DNA from: an uncultured Alphaproteobacteria bacterium
Lineage (GTDB): Bacteria; Pseudomonadota; Alphaproteobacteria; HIMB59; GCA-002718135
Assembly: GCA_902615845.1 (NCBI GenBank)
Contig: CACMQS010000005.1
Location: 19,711-83,710, forward strand
Direction: 5' to 3'
Length of the DNA stretch: 64,000 nt
Position 1 is the stretch's first letter, and each line of letters starts with the position of its first letter. Position numbers and translations under genes: made by a program. The notes below the pieces were generated by a model, which did no database searches, had not been told where the DNA came from, and saw nothing but the letters and a program-made list of their open reading frames with translations. This document shows positions 9,989-20,589 of the stretch, one piece after another.

Positions 9989-10562
9989 ATAAAAAGTTAA
10001 TTAATTTTGTTGTAGCTATAGACCTATGGCTCATTTCATTTTTTTTATTTGTACTTAACTCAGCTAATGTTTTTTTATAATCTTTTGGAATAAATATTGG
10101 ATCATATCCAAAACCAAACTCGCCTTTTATTTTACTTGAAATCTTACCATCAATTCTGCCATTAAATATTATATTTTGATCACTTTTAATTGTTAAGCTT
10201 ATTGATGTTTTAAAGTAAGCGCTTTGTTTATCTTTGCTTTTAACGCTATCAATTATTCTTTTAAAACAATCTTCTTTACTTTTAAAATTATTTAAAAATC
10301 TTTTTGAAAGCACACCCGGCCTCCAATTTAAACTTTCAATACATATTCCTGAGTCATCTGCAAAACAAGGTATACCAGTTTGATTAAATCCATAGTCTGA
10401 CTTTATTTTTGCATTTTCTTCAAAAGTTTGCCCAGTTTCTTCTGGCTCAACACTTATGCCTATGTCATTTAATGATAAAAGTTTAAGGTTAAATTTGTAA
10501 AAAATTTTATTAATTTCAATTATTTTATTCTTATTTTTTGAAAAAAATAATAATTGCTTCAA
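9981..10562 (-). CDS. rdgB: dITP/XTP pyrophosphatase (non-canonical purine NTPase)
   Basis: Ham1 family motifs: FADDSG, FGYDPIF and SHR. Confidence 0.9.
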   Translation of the reverse strand: MKQLLFFSKNKNKIIEINKIFYKFNLKLLSLNDIGISVEPEETGQTFEENAKIKSDYGFNQTGIPCFADDSGICIESLNWRPGVLSKRFLNNFKSKEDCFKRIIDSVKSKDKQSAYFKTSISLTIKSDQNIIFNGRIDGKISSKIKGEFGFGYDPIFIPKDYKKTLAELSTNKKNEMSHRSIATTKLINFLSN

Positions 10563-10563
10563 T

Positions 10564-11274
10564 TTATTCTAATGCCTTTTTTTGTTTTGATATTATTTCT
10601 TTAACCCCTATTTTTGCAAGATTAAACATTTCTGCAAACTGTTCATCATTAAAAAAAAATTCTTCACCAGTAACTTGTATTTCAGAAATTTCATTTGAGT
10701 CACAAATTACGAAATTTGCATCTACTTGAGCATCAGAGTCTTCTCGATAATTTAAATCCAATAATGCTTTATTCTCAACTATTCCTGTAGAAACTGCTCC
10801 TATGAAATTTTTTATAATTGGTTTTTGAATATTATAATTATTCTTCAACTTTTCTATCGCCAGATATAAAGAAATAAAACCCCCACTAATAGAAGCAGTC
10901 CTTGTACCGCCATCTGCTTGAATCACATCACAGTCTATTTTTATTTGACGCTCTCCAAGGTTTGAAAGATCTACAATAGATCTTAAACTACGCCCAATTA
11001 ACCTTTGTATTTCTTGAGTTCTACCTGACTGTTTTCCTTTTGCTGCCTCTCTATCCATTCTTGTGTTTGTAGACCTTGGTAGCATGCCGTATTCTGCTGT
11101 AACCCAACCTTTACCAGTGTTCTTTAACCAGTGCGGAACCTTTTCATCAATTGTTGCAAGACAAAGAACATGTGTATTTCCAAATTTTACTAAGCATGAA
11201 CCATCTGCATGAATATTCACGTTTTTCTCAAATGAAATTTCACGCATTTGATTGAAGGATCTATCTTTTCTCAT
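10564..11274 (-). CDS. rph: Ribonuclease PH
   Basis: 236 aa with GSCLVKFGNTHVLC, GRTQEIQRLIGRSLR and DCDVIQADGGTRTASI motifs. Confidence 0.95.
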   Translation of the reverse strand: MRKDRSFNQMREISFEKNVNIHADGSCLVKFGNTHVLCLATIDEKVPHWLKNTGKGWVTAEYGMLPRSTNTRMDREAAKGKQSGRTQEIQRLIGRSLRSIVDLSNLGERQIKIDCDVIQADGGTRTASISGGFISLYLAIEKLKNNYNIQKPIIKNFIGAVSTGIVENKALLDLNYREDSDAQVDANFVICDSNEISEIQVTGEEFFFNDEQFAEMFNLAKIGVKEIISKQKKALE

Positions 11275-11321
11275 ATAAATTTAATAATAGTAGATAAAAA
11301 TTATTTTTAAATAAAATTCTT

Positions 11322-12368
11322 ATGTCTGATAATTTATATGCACAAATTAACGATAGATCGAAATTAATTTTTAAAAAATTAGTTGAGTCGTATCTAAAAA
11401 CCGGTTCTCCCGCAGGATCAGAAACAATTATGAAGATGGGAGGATTAAATCTTTCCTCAGCATCTATTAGATCTATTTTATCAAATTTACAAAAAGAAGG
11501 GCTTCTATATGCCCCACACAGATCAGCTGGAAGAATGCCCACAGAGAGAGGAATGAGGTTTTTTGTCGATGGACTTTTAGAGTTTGGAAGAATTTCAAAA
11601 ATAGATAAAGAAAATATTAAACAACAATGTTTAACAAAAGGCAAATCTTATGAAGAAGTGCTTGATATTGCTTCTAAGGCTATTTCAGGATTATCAAGTT
11701 ATGCGGGAATAGTTATTGCACCAAAATTTCAAAAAAACTTAAAACATGTTGAATTTATAAGATTAAATAAAAGTCAATTAATGCTTATTCTTGCTTATGA
11801 GAACGGTGAAGTAGAAAATCGCATCCTTGAAGATAATGGAAAATATAATAGTTCATTATTAATACAGGCTTCAAACTATCTTACATCAAAGTTTACAAAT
11901 AAAAATATCTCTCAAATAAAAAAAATTATTCAAACAGAAATTAAAAATTCACAAAATGAGCTAGAATTAATTTCATCAAAATTAATTCAAAAGGGCATTA
12001 TTGAAGCTCAACCTAATAGCAAAAATCCTTATATTTTTTTACACGGTCAATCAAATTTACTAAAAGATGAAATAGTCTCAAAAGACTTAGATCAAATACG
12101 AAACCTTTTTGATGAAATTGAGAGAAAATCTAGTTTCGTAGACATTTTAGAAACTGCAGGAAAAGCAAAAGGGGTTCAGATTTTTATTGGATCTAAAAAT
12201 TTTTTGTTTAAACACTCTGGTCTTTCTATGGTAATGGCCCCATATAAAAATAATGAACAAGAAATCATAGGAGCTATAGGTGTAGTTGGGCCGACAAGAT
12301 TAAACTACTCAAAAATAGTTCCTCTTGTTGATTATACATCCAAAATTATTGGAAAGGTGATTGATTAA
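11322..12368 (+). CDS. hrcA: Heat-inducible transcription repressor HrcA
   Basis: 348 aa, N-terminal winged-helix region (LVESYLKTGSPAGS) and C-terminal GAIGVVGPTRLNYSK. TAATG junction with grpE. Confidence 0.93.
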   Translation: MSDNLYAQINDRSKLIFKKLVESYLKTGSPAGSETIMKMGGLNLSSASIRSILSNLQKEGLLYAPHRSAGRMPTERGMRFFVDGLLEFGRISKIDKENIKQQCLTKGKSYEEVLDIASKAISGLSSYAGIVIAPKFQKNLKHVEFIRLNKSQLMLILAYENGEVENRILEDNGKYNSSLLIQASNYLTSKFTNKNISQIKKIIQTEIKNSQNELELISSKLIQKGIIEAQPNSKNPYIFLHGQSNLLKDEIVSKDLDQIRNLFDEIERKSSFVDILETAGKAKGVQIFIGSKNFLFKHSGLSMVMAPYKNNEQEIIGAIGVVGPTRLNYSKIVPLVDYTSKIIGKVID

Positions 12369-13039
12369 TGGTTGAGAAAAAAGAAGAAGATAACCAAAAA
12401 GAAGAAATTAAAGAACCTGATTCTGAGAATATTGAAAACGAAGAAGATAATAATCATAGTCAAAACAACATAGATACAGAAGAGACAAGCAAAGATGAAA
12501 ATTCAGAAGAAGACAATTTAGAAAAGGAAATCGAAACACTAAAAGAAGAAAAAATCCGATTACTTGCTGAAATGGAAAATCTTAGAAAAAGATTTGAAAG
12601 AGAAAAAGTTGAAACAATAAAGTTTGGCAGTATAAATTTAGCAAGAGATATTCTATCACCGGGAGATAATCTAGAGAGAGCATTAGATGCTTTGCCAGAG
12701 GATGAAAATCATCCAGAAAGTATTAAAAATCTTATTGATGGTTTAAAAATGGTGCTTAAAGAATACAAAAGTACTCTAGAAAAACACGGAGTCAAAAAAA
12801 TTGAAACTTTAAATCAAAAATTTGACCATAATTTTCATCAGGCAATGATGGAAGTTGAAAATAATGATGTTGAAGAAGGAACAGTAGTCCAGGAAGTCCA
12901 ATCTGGTTATACAATGCATGACCGATTACTAAGAGCAGCAATGGTTGGGGTTTCCAAAAAACTAGTTACTAAAACAGAAGAACCTAAAGAAGAAAAAGAA
13001 GAAGGTAATTCAGAAAATGAGAGTAAAGAAAACACATAA
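12368..13039 (+). CDS. grpE: Nucleotide exchange factor GrpE (acidic N- and C-terminal tails)
   Basis: Core LRLLAEMENLRKRFEREK ... FDHNFHQAM ... GYTMHDRLLRAAMV. Confidence 0.93.
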   Translation: MVEKKEEDNQKEEIKEPDSENIENEEDNNHSQNNIDTEETSKDENSEEDNLEKEIETLKEEKIRLLAEMENLRKRFEREKVETIKFGSINLARDILSPGDNLERALDALPEDENHPESIKNLIDGLKMVLKEYKSTLEKHGVKKIETLNQKFDHNFHQAMMEVENNDVEEGTVVQEVQSGYTMHDRLLRAAMVGVSKKLVTKTEEPKEEKEEGNSENESKENT

Positions 13040-13083
13040 AAAGCACTAAATAGCTTGTTTTTTCAATATAAATCCTAAACATC

Positions 13084-13113
13084 CTTGTATTTTAAAACTT
13101 TTTTCCCATATCT
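13084..13113 (+). promoter_or_regulatory. Candidate sigma-32 (RpoH) promoter of dnaKJ
   Basis: CTTGTA-N16-CCCATATC about 50 nt upstream of the dnaK ATG. It resembles CTTGAA-N13-17-CCCCATNT. Confidence 0.4.
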
Positions 13114-13163
13114 AAAGTAGCCAATGTTGATTGGTAAATAATTAAGTAAAGAGGATAAAAAAT

Positions 13164-15086
13164 ATGGCAAAAGTAATTGGTATTGATTTAGGTACTACAA
13201 ACTCCTGTGTCGCAGTAATGGACGGTAAGGAAGCAAAAGTAATTGAAAACTCTGAAGGTGGAAGAACAACCCCATCTATGGTAGCATTCAGCGACACAAA
13301 AGAAAAACTTGTTGGACAATCAGCTAAAAGACAAGCAGTAACTAATTCTGAAAATACTTTATTTGCCATAAAAAGATTAATCGGAAGAACATTTGAGGAT
13401 GAAGCTGTTAAGTCTGATAGCGGATTAGTGCCTTACAAAATCGTAAAGGGTGATAACGGTGATGCCTGGGTAGAAGCGCGTGGAGACAAATATAGCCCAA
13501 GTCAAATTAGTGCATTTATCTTACAAAAAATGAAAGAGACTGCAGAGTCGTATTTAGGAGATACTGTTACGCAAGCAGTTATAACAGTTCCCGCATATTT
13601 TAATGATGCTCAAAGACAAGCAACAAAAGATGCTGGAAAAATAGCTGGACTAGAAGTTTTAAGAATAATTAACGAGCCTACTGCTGCAGCGTTAGCATAT
13701 GGTTTAGATAAAAAGAAAACAGGGACAGTTGCTGTTTATGATCTTGGTGGAGGTACATTTGATATTTCTATCTTAGAAATTGGTGACGGTGTTTTTGAAG
13801 TTAAATCAACAAATGGTGATACTCACCTTGGTGGTGAAGATTTTGATCTTAAAATTATTGATTATCTTGCTGATGAATTCAAAAAAGATAATGGCATTGA
13901 TTTACGTTCAGATAAACTTGCCCTTCAACGTCTTAAAGAGGCTGCGGAGAAAGCAAAAATTGAATTATCAAGCTCAACTGAAACAGAAGTTAACTTGCCA
14001 TTCATAACAGCTGATCAATCTGGCCCTAAGCATTTAACGATTAAATTATCGAGAGCAAAATTAGAAGCTATCGTAGGTGAACTTTTAAATCAAAGTTTAA
14101 AACCTTGTGAAATGGCACTTAAAGATGCTGGATTACAAGCTGCAGAAATTGACGATGTTATTTTAGTTGGTGGTATGACGAGAATGCCTAAAGTAACGGA
14201 GATAGTAAAAAACTTCTTTGGTAAAGAGCCTAATAAAGGTGTTAACCCAGATGAAGTTGTTGCATCGGGAGCTGCTATTCAAGCAGGAGTATTACAAGGT
14301 GATGTAAAAGATGTTTTATTGCTTGATGTTACTCCTTTATCACTTGGTATTGAAACACTTGGCGGGGTATTCACAAAACTTATTGATAAAAACACAACTA
14401 TTCCAACAAAGAAGAGTCAGGTATTTTCTACAGCTGAAGATAATCAGAGTGCAGTTACTATTAGAGTTTTTCAAGGCGAAAGAGAGATGGCTGCTGATAA
14501 CAAATTATTAGGTCAGTTTGATTTAGTAGGTATTCCACCTGCTGCAAGAGGAATGCCACAAATTGAGGTAACTTTTGATATTGATGCAAACGGTATTGTA
14601 AACGTTTCGGCCAAAGATAAGTCAACTGGGAAAGAGCAGCAAATTAAGATTCAAGCTTCTGGCGGATTATCTGATGAAGAAATTGAAAAAATGGTTAAGG
14701 AAGCAGAGGAAAATGCAGAGGCTGATAAAAAGAAAAGAGAAGCTGTTGATACTAGAAACCATGCCGATAGTTTAATTAATGAAACTGAAAAGAACTTAAA
14801 AGAGCATGGTGATAAAATTCCAGAAGCTGATAAAAACAAAATCACAGAGGATATTGAAGAGCTCAAGAAAGTAAAAGACGGCGAGGATTTAGAAGCTATA
14901 AAATCTAAAACTGAAGCACTGGTTCAGTCATCTCTAAAAATGGGTGAAGCAATTTATAAACAAAATCCTCAAGGTGCCGGACCACAACCTGATCCATCTG
15001 GTGCTGAACCATCAGCAGACAATACAAAAGATGAAAAGGTCGTAGATGCTGAATTTGAAGAAGTAGACGAAGATAAAAAAGAATAA
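13164..15086 (+). CDS. dnaK: Chaperone DnaK (Hsp70)
   Basis: [22 protein letters not shown] and the full Hsp70 layout, 640 aa. Confidence 0.99.
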   Translation: MAKVIGIDLGTTNSCVAVMDGKEAKVIENSEGGRTTPSMVAFSDTKEKLVGQSAKRQAVTNSENTLFAIKRLIGRTFEDEAVKSDSGLVPYKIVKGDNGDAWVEARGDKYSPSQISAFILQKMKETAESYLGDTVTQAVITVPAYFNDAQRQATKDAGKIAGLEVLRIINEPTAAALAYGLDKKKTGTVAVYDLGGGTFDISILEIGDGVFEVKSTNGDTHLGGEDFDLKIIDYLADEFKKDNGIDLRSDKLALQRLKEAAEKAKIELSSSTETEVNLPFITADQSGPKHLTIKLSRAKLEAIVGELLNQSLKPCEMALKDAGLQAAEIDDVILVGGMTRMPKVTEIVKNFFGKEPNKGVNPDEVVASGAAIQAGVLQGDVKDVLLLDVTPLSLGIETLGGVFTKLIDKNTTIPTKKSQVFSTAEDNQSAVTIRVFQGEREMAADNKLLGQFDLVGIPPAARGMPQIEVTFDIDANGIVNVSAKDKSTGKEQQIKIQASGGLSDEEIEKMVKEAEENAEADKKKREAVDTRNHADSLINETEKNLKEHGDKIPEADKNKITEDIEELKKVKDGEDLEAIKSKTEALVQSSLKMGEAIYKQNPQGAGPQPDPSGAEPSADNTKDEKVVDAEFEEVDEDKKE

Positions 15087-15114
15087 CGCTCCATAATTTT
15101 TATAAGGAGGAGAT

Positions 15115-16248
15115 GTGGCTGATAAAGATTTCTATGATATATTAGGTGTTCAACGAAATGCCAGCGAAGATGAAATAAAAAAAGCTTATAGAAAACAAGC
15201 TATGAAATATCATCCAGATCGTAACAAGGATGATAAAACTGCCGAAAGAAAATTCAAAGAAGCAGCAGCTGCTTACGAAGTTCTTAAAGACTCTGAAAAA
15301 AGATCAGCCTACGATCAATATGGTCATGATGCTTTTAGACAAGGCGGCATGGGAGGAGCGCAAGGCTTTGGAGATTTTGCCGGTGGCTTTTCTGATATTT
15401 TTGAAGAGTTCTTTGGTGGTGGGTTTGGGGGACAATCATCAAGAAGAAGAGGACCTCAGAGAGGAAGTGATCTTCGTTATAACATGTCAATCTCACTTTA
15501 TGAGGCTTTTACAGGAAAGAAACCACAAATCAGAATACCAACATATGTTGGTTGTGATGCGTGTGCAGCAACGGGAAGTGCAGATAAATCAGGGCCAAGT
15601 ACCTGTTCTACATGTGGAGGCGCAGGTAAGGTTCGATCACAACAAGGTTTCTTTTCTATTGAAAGACCTTGTCCAACATGTGGTGGAGAAGGCTCAAGTA
15701 TAAAAAATCCATGTCTAAAATGTTCTGGGACTGGAAACATTAAAAAACAAAAAACAATTTCAGTAACTATTCCTGCTGGCGTTGACACAGGTACAAGAAT
15801 TAGAATAGCTGGTGAAGGAGAGCCAGGTGAGAGAGGTGCTGGAAATGGAGACTTATATATTTTTGTTGAAGTACAAAAAGATAAACTATTTGAGAGAGAA
15901 GAAGAAAATTTATTTTGCGAAATACCAATTTCAATTACTACTGCTATCTTAGGAGGTGAAATAGAAGTACCAACAATAGAAGGTAAAAAAGCCAGACTCA
16001 ATATTCCAGCAGGAACACAATCTGAAACTCAATTTAGGTTAAGAGGAAAAGGAATGAGTATACTTAGACAAAGTAGACGAGGGGATATGTATGTTCAGGC
16101 AAATGTGGAAATCCCGGTAAATCTAAATAATAAACAAAAAGATATTTTGAGGGAGTTTGAAAATGAAGGTGGCACGTCAAAAAAACATAGTCCAAAATCG
16201 CAAGGTTTCTTCTCAAAATTAAAAGAAGTCTGGGAAGACTTAACTTAA
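15115..16248 (+). CDS. dnaJ: Co-chaperone DnaJ
   Basis: J-domain with HPD, a G/F-rich linker and four CxxCxGxG zinc-finger repeats. GTG start is preceded by AAGGAGG. Confidence 0.98.
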   Translation: MADKDFYDILGVQRNASEDEIKKAYRKQAMKYHPDRNKDDKTAERKFKEAAAAYEVLKDSEKRSAYDQYGHDAFRQGGMGGAQGFGDFAGGFSDIFEEFFGGGFGGQSSRRRGPQRGSDLRYNMSISLYEAFTGKKPQIRIPTYVGCDACAATGSADKSGPSTCSTCGGAGKVRSQQGFFSIERPCPTCGGEGSSIKNPCLKCSGTGNIKKQKTISVTIPAGVDTGTRIRIAGEGEPGERGAGNGDLYIFVEVQKDKLFEREEENLFCEIPISITTAILGGEIEVPTIEGKKARLNIPAGTQSETQFRLRGKGMSILRQSRRGDMYVQANVEIPVNLNNKQKDILREFENEGGTSKKHSPKSQGFFSKLKEVWEDLT

Positions 16249-16289
16249 TTTCTTTTCAACTTACAATCACCAAAGTATAAGAAGTTTTA

Positions 16290-17093
16290 ATGGCAAAAAT
16301 TAAAATAGCAGTAGCAGGTTGTCTTGGCCGAATGGGTCAGGAAATATCGAAACAAATTTTACAAAATAAAAATTTAGAATTTGTTGGTGGTTTTGAACAC
16401 AAAAAACATAAAGATATAAACAAACCTTTAAACAAAGTTTCAAGTATACACTCTGCAAAATTAGTTACAGCTAATGCAGCTCAGTTAATCAAAGATTCAA
16501 ATGTCATCATTGATTTTACAACACCTGAGTCTACTTTAGATAATCTTAAGATCGCTTCTGCAAATAAAACAGCAGTTGTTATTGGCACAACTGGAATGAC
16601 GGATGCACAAAAAAAGAAAGTAAAAAGTTATTCAAAAAAAATACCTATACTTATGTCTTCTAATATGAGTGTAGGTGTTAATTTATTATTTAATTTAATA
16701 AAACAAACAGCATCAGTTTTAAAAGATACTGATTATGATATTGAAATTTCTGAGACTCATCATAAACATAAAAAAGATGCCCCTTCTGGAACTGCATTAT
16801 CTCTGGGTGAATATGCTGCTGAAGGTAGAAAAACTAAATTAAATAAATCAAAAGTTTTAGATCGTACAAAAAAACTAACATCTAGAAAAAAAGGCGACAT
16901 TGGTTTTTCTGTTACAAGAGGTGGTGAAATTGCAGGTGAACACACAGTTAGTTTCATAGGTACTAATGACAGAATTGACCTCGTTCATAAAGCTAACAAT
17001 AGATCTATTTTTGTAAGTGGAGCCATTGAGGCAGCTGTATTTATCTCTAAAAAGAAATCAGGAATCTTTACAATGCATGATCTATTATCTTAA
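16290..17093 (+). CDS. dapB: 4-hydroxy-tetrahydrodipicolinate reductase
   Basis: N-terminal Rossmann motif IAVAGCLGRMG and the ETHHKHKKDAPSGTAL motif. Confidence 0.93.
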   Translation: MAKIKIAVAGCLGRMGQEISKQILQNKNLEFVGGFEHKKHKDINKPLNKVSSIHSAKLVTANAAQLIKDSNVIIDFTTPESTLDNLKIASANKTAVVIGTTGMTDAQKKKVKSYSKKIPILMSSNMSVGVNLLFNLIKQTASVLKDTDYDIEISETHHKHKKDAPSGTALSLGEYAAEGRKTKLNKSKVLDRTKKLTSRKKGDIGFSVTRGGEIAGEHTVSFIGTNDRIDLVHKANNRSIFVSGAIEAAVFISKKKSGIFTMHDLLS

Positions 17094-17115
17094 AAATTTT
17101 AATTCTTAATATTAA

Positions 17116-17964
17116 ATGAATAAGATAATATGGATTACATCGTATCCAAAAAGTGGCAATACATGGTTAAGATATTTTCTTGGAAATTATTATTTTAACA
17201 AAAAAGATAATTTTGAACCTGAAATTATAAAAAACATTAAAAAGTTTCATATAAATAAAGAATTAATTTCATCGAATTCACACATGAAAGATTTTATAAA
17301 AAACCCTTATAATGTATCGAAATATTGGATTGAGAGTCAGCAGAAACTAGAAATAAAAAATGGAAACGTAATTTTTCTTAAAACACATAATGCTTTGATT
17401 AATATTGAAAATAATGAATTTACAAATTCAGAACTAAGTCTAGCAATTATTTATATCGTAAGGGATCCTAGAGATGTAGTTGTTTCTTACTCAAAATACA
17501 GAAATTTAGATTATGATAAAACTATCGACCATATGATCGGTAGCACGGTAAGCGTTCCTTATGTTAGAGATAGAAAAGACCCCGCTAATATAGAGATTAC
17601 CGGGTCCTGGTCATTTCACTATAATTCATGGAAGGATGGAATTTCAATAATTCCAAGAATGATTATAAAATATGAAGATCTTTTGAGTAATAGTGAAGAA
17701 ATTTTCACTAATCTAATTAAGTTTTTATCTGGCGTTATGAATTTAGAAGTAAATTATAAAAAAATAATAAGTAGTCATAATTTTTCAACATTCAAAAATT
17801 TAAAGAATTTTGAAAAAAATAATAATTTTTTTGAAAATGATAGTTCAGAAAATTTTTTTAGAATTGGTAAGTCTGGAAATTGGAAAAAAGAATTGAACAA
17901 AGCGCAAATCAAAAAAATTGAAGAAAGCTTTAAAGTAGAAATGAAAATTTTAGGATATCTATAA
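17116..17964 (+). CDS. Cytosolic-type (Sulfotransfer_1-like) PAPS-dependent sulfotransferase
   Basis: 5'-PSB loop YPKSGNTWLR, 3'-PB motif RDPRDVVVS and the C-terminal FRIGKSGNWKKEL motif. Confidence 0.8.
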   Translation: MNKIIWITSYPKSGNTWLRYFLGNYYFNKKDNFEPEIIKNIKKFHINKELISSNSHMKDFIKNPYNVSKYWIESQQKLEIKNGNVIFLKTHNALINIENNEFTNSELSLAIIYIVRDPRDVVVSYSKYRNLDYDKTIDHMIGSTVSVPYVRDRKDPANIEITGSWSFHYNSWKDGISIIPRMIIKYEDLLSNSEEIFTNLIKFLSGVMNLEVNYKKIISSHNFSTFKNLKNFEKNNNFFENDSSENFFRIGKSGNWKKELNKAQIKKIEESFKVEMKILGYL

Positions 17965-18135
17965 TATCTTACCAACATATATTAGTATATTTTTATAAAT
18001 TGGTTCTCTATCCAGTTCTATTTAATTAAAAAAAATTATCCTATTTACAATATAAAATACGTAAATTTAAAATGCTTCTAAATATAACTAAAAAATAATA
18101 TTGAAATAAAAAATTTTTTTTATAGAGTTTTCGAA

Positions 18136-20589
18136 ATGTTACCAAAAAAATCATTAAGTTTTATTTCAATATTACTTTTTTCTTCATTTTTATATAACTG
18201 TGCAGGCGGTGGTGGCGGAGGTGGAACCAGTATAAATTATAATTCAGGACCATCATCCTCTGGGGGAACATTTTTAGACTCAGGAACTTCTGTCACATAT
18301 AATTCTACCACAGCTTCGAACCATCAGGCTTATGATGCTTACGAAAATGTACGTGGCTCAACACAATCTTCACATCAAAACCCATTTGATATTATTAATG
18401 CTTATAAGGCATATGGATATGGTTTTAGTGGAGATGGTCAACAAATAGCTATTTTTGACTCAGGCTATGATACTGATCACTATACTTATCAAGGTAAAAC
18501 AATCTCAACATTTGGAACACTTACTGCAGATAACTCAAATAATAGCGCCTTACTAAATCATGGTAATTTTGTTGCAAGTATTGCTGCTGGATATCTAGAC
18601 ACAAGTTATTCTGGTACTGCTGCTTCACACGGAGTGGCTTATGATGCTGATTTACATTTAGCTAGTTATGATCAAAAAGGATCTGAAACTTATTACCCAG
18701 AGCAATGGGCAAATGCCCTAGATAATGCTTCAAATGCTGTTGTTCAAAATAATAGTTGGGGCTTTACTAATTCAAAATATAATTCCAGTACCTCATATAC
18801 ATCTTCGACACTTGCTACTCTTTCGTCAAATACTGGCCTTACTGCCAATGCTACATCGATTGATAGTTACATTACATCACTAAATAATTTTCAGGATCAT
18901 GGTGTTATAGTGTTTGCAGTATCTAATACTTCTTCTTATGATGATGTTGATGTTGCTGTAGCATTACCAGAAATTTATTCACAACTAGAAGAGGCGTGGA
19001 TAAACGTTGTCAATATTGATATTACAGGATCAGCAGGAAATGAATCATATACAAGAAAATCTGCCCCCTGTGGTTCGACAGCTGAATATTGTGTAGCTGC
19101 TGATGGACAGTATATAAGTGGTGCATTAAGTCATAGTGGAGGACTTTCCTATTTTTCAGCAGTTGGGTCAACAGGCTCATCATTTGCTGCACCTCAGGTT
19201 TCTGGTGCGGTTGCAATATTAGCCGAAGCCTTTCCATCCAATACACCAGAACAGTGGACTGACCGATTGTTAGCATCAGCCGATAACTCTATGTGTACAG
19301 CATCTGGCAATGTTTCATTTGCTAACGGAATTACACATGCATACTGCTCTGCATATGGACATGGCGTCATAGATATTTATGCAGCTTTAAGACCAATAAC
19401 ATCTTCTAGAATGCAAGAATCAATATTGGTTGGAAGCAACATTGAAACAGCTGCAGTTCATAATTTAAATAAATCTAATTTTAGTAACGGACTTATTTTT
19501 GGTGATTCAGTTTCTAATTCTTTTAAAGGAAAAAAAAGTTATTTTTATGATGCATTATACGGTGCGTTTGAATACAGTTTTGATAATCATTTAGTTACTG
19601 AAAAACCAAAAAGAATTAGTAATTTAGAAAGTTATTTTAATGAAAATAAATTTAAGTCTTTTTCTACTTCAGTTGATAATTCCGAAACAATGTTAAATTA
19701 TTCTTTTATAGTAGATGAAAATAATTATTTGGTGCCGGAAGAAGGTATTTCTTACTCTGTTAGTAACAATAATTATAATCTAAACACTTCTTACAATTAT
19801 CCCTTAGATATAAATTTAGGCTACGTTTCCTCAGATGATATTGACATATTTAATAATAACGAAAACATATTATTACCTTACTTAACTAGCAAAGATAACT
19901 CATATAATGTGAGCACAAATATTTTTAATGGCAAAGATTCACACATAAGTCTTGGCTACATGCAGACAGAAGATAAATTTTCTTTGGATAAAAAAGGTTA
20001 TGTTTTGTCTTATGTAAATCTTAAAAAAGATAGTGCTATTCTAACAGGTATTACTACTGAAAATGGTGGTTTTTTAGATAATAAGTTTAACGGGGCATTT
20101 TCTCTGGATGAAAATGACAATCCTACAAATTTTATTGGTTTTAGACAAAATGCTAAATTAGGAAAAAATGAACTTATGTTTGTTTCTTCTTATGGATCAA
20201 CAAAAGTTTCAACATCACCAAATTCACTCATTACAAATATTGATAATGTAAATACAACAAGTTTTTCTGCAAATTTAAGTAGAAAAGAATTACTAAATAA
20301 AAAAGACAGACTTATATTTTCTATTTCACAACCACAAAGAGTTGAAAATGGCGTAATGACATACTTGGTACCAAAATTGAATGATAAAGACGGAACACTT
20401 AATTATAATCAACATGAAACAAAACTTAAACCTTCTGGTAGACAGATTGATATTGCTTTAGATTATATTATTAATTTAAGTGAAAGCATGAACCTTTCTT
20501 TTCAAGGAAAGGTAATAGATGATTTCTCTCATGTAGAAAAAGATGCTTTTGATGCTTCACTAATAACATCATTTAAATATAAATTTTAG
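18136..20589 (+). CDS. Subtilisin-like (S8) serine peptidase, lipoprotein, with C-terminal beta-barrel (autotransporter-like) domain
   Basis: Lipobox LYNC followed by a Gly7 linker. Catalytic triad context: AIFDSGYD (Asp), NHGNFVASIAAG (His), NNSWG (oxyanion Asn) and GSSFAAPQVSGAVAIL (Ser). The C-terminal ~380 aa is N/S-rich with alternating hydrophobic strands and ends in ...SFKYKF. Confidence 0.8.
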   Translation: MLPKKSLSFISILLFSSFLYNCAGGGGGGGTSINYNSGPSSSGGTFLDSGTSVTYNSTTASNHQAYDAYENVRGSTQSSHQNPFDIINAYKAYGYGFSGDGQQIAIFDSGYDTDHYTYQGKTISTFGTLTADNSNNSALLNHGNFVASIAAGYLDTSYSGTAASHGVAYDADLHLASYDQKGSETYYPEQWANALDNASNAVVQNNSWGFTNSKYNSSTSYTSSTLATLSSNTGLTANATSIDSYITSLNNFQDHGVIVFAVSNTSSYDDVDVAVALPEIYSQLEEAWINVVNIDITGSAGNESYTRKSAPCGSTAEYCVAADGQYISGALSHSGGLSYFSAVGSTGSSFAAPQVSGAVAILAEAFPSNTPEQWTDRLLASADNSMCTASGNVSFANGITHAYCSAYGHGVIDIYAALRPITSSRMQESILVGSNIETAAVHNLNKSNFSNGLIFGDSVSNSFKGKKSYFYDALYGAFEYSFDNHLVTEKPKRISNLESYFNENKFKSFSTSVDNSETMLNYSFIVDENNYLVPEEGISYSVSNNNYNLNTSYNYPLDINLGYVSSDDIDIFNNNENILLPYLTSKDNSYNVSTNIFNGKDSHISLGYMQTEDKFSLDKKGYVLSYVNLKKDSAILTGITTENGGFLDNKFNGAFSLDENDNPTNFIGFRQNAKLGKNELMFVSSYGSTKVSTSPNSLITNIDNVNTTSFSANLSRKELLNKKDRLIFSISQPQRVENGVMTYLVPKLNDKDGTLNYNQHETKLKPSGRQIDIALDYIINLSESMNLSFQGKVIDDFSHVEKDAFDASLITSFKYKF

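Noticed and set aside
11261-11644. 127-aa minus-strand ORF spanning the rph-hrcA intergenic region and the hrcA 5-prime end
   Set aside because: It is antisense to the well-supported hrcA, has no recognisable domain and would overlap the rph start.
13040-13063. AAAGCACTAAATAGCTTGTTTTTT after grpE, either a CIRCE-like half-site (GCACT) or a terminator
   Set aside because: Only 5 nt match CIRCE and there is no inverted partner. The possible stem is only 4 bp (AAGC/GCTT), too weak to call.
15230-16001. Two ORFs (157 aa + strand alternate frame; 167 aa - strand) inside dnaJ
   Set aside because: They are shadow frames of the relatively GC-rich dnaJ Gly/Cys-rich region. dnaJ is unambiguous.
18205-18225. 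Run of seven glycine codons after the protease lipobox, a possible slippage-prone (phase-variable) repeat
   Set aside because: The codons are mixed (GGC GGT GGT GGC GGA GGT GGA), not a homopolymer or perfect short tandem repeat. It is better explained as a flexible tether.
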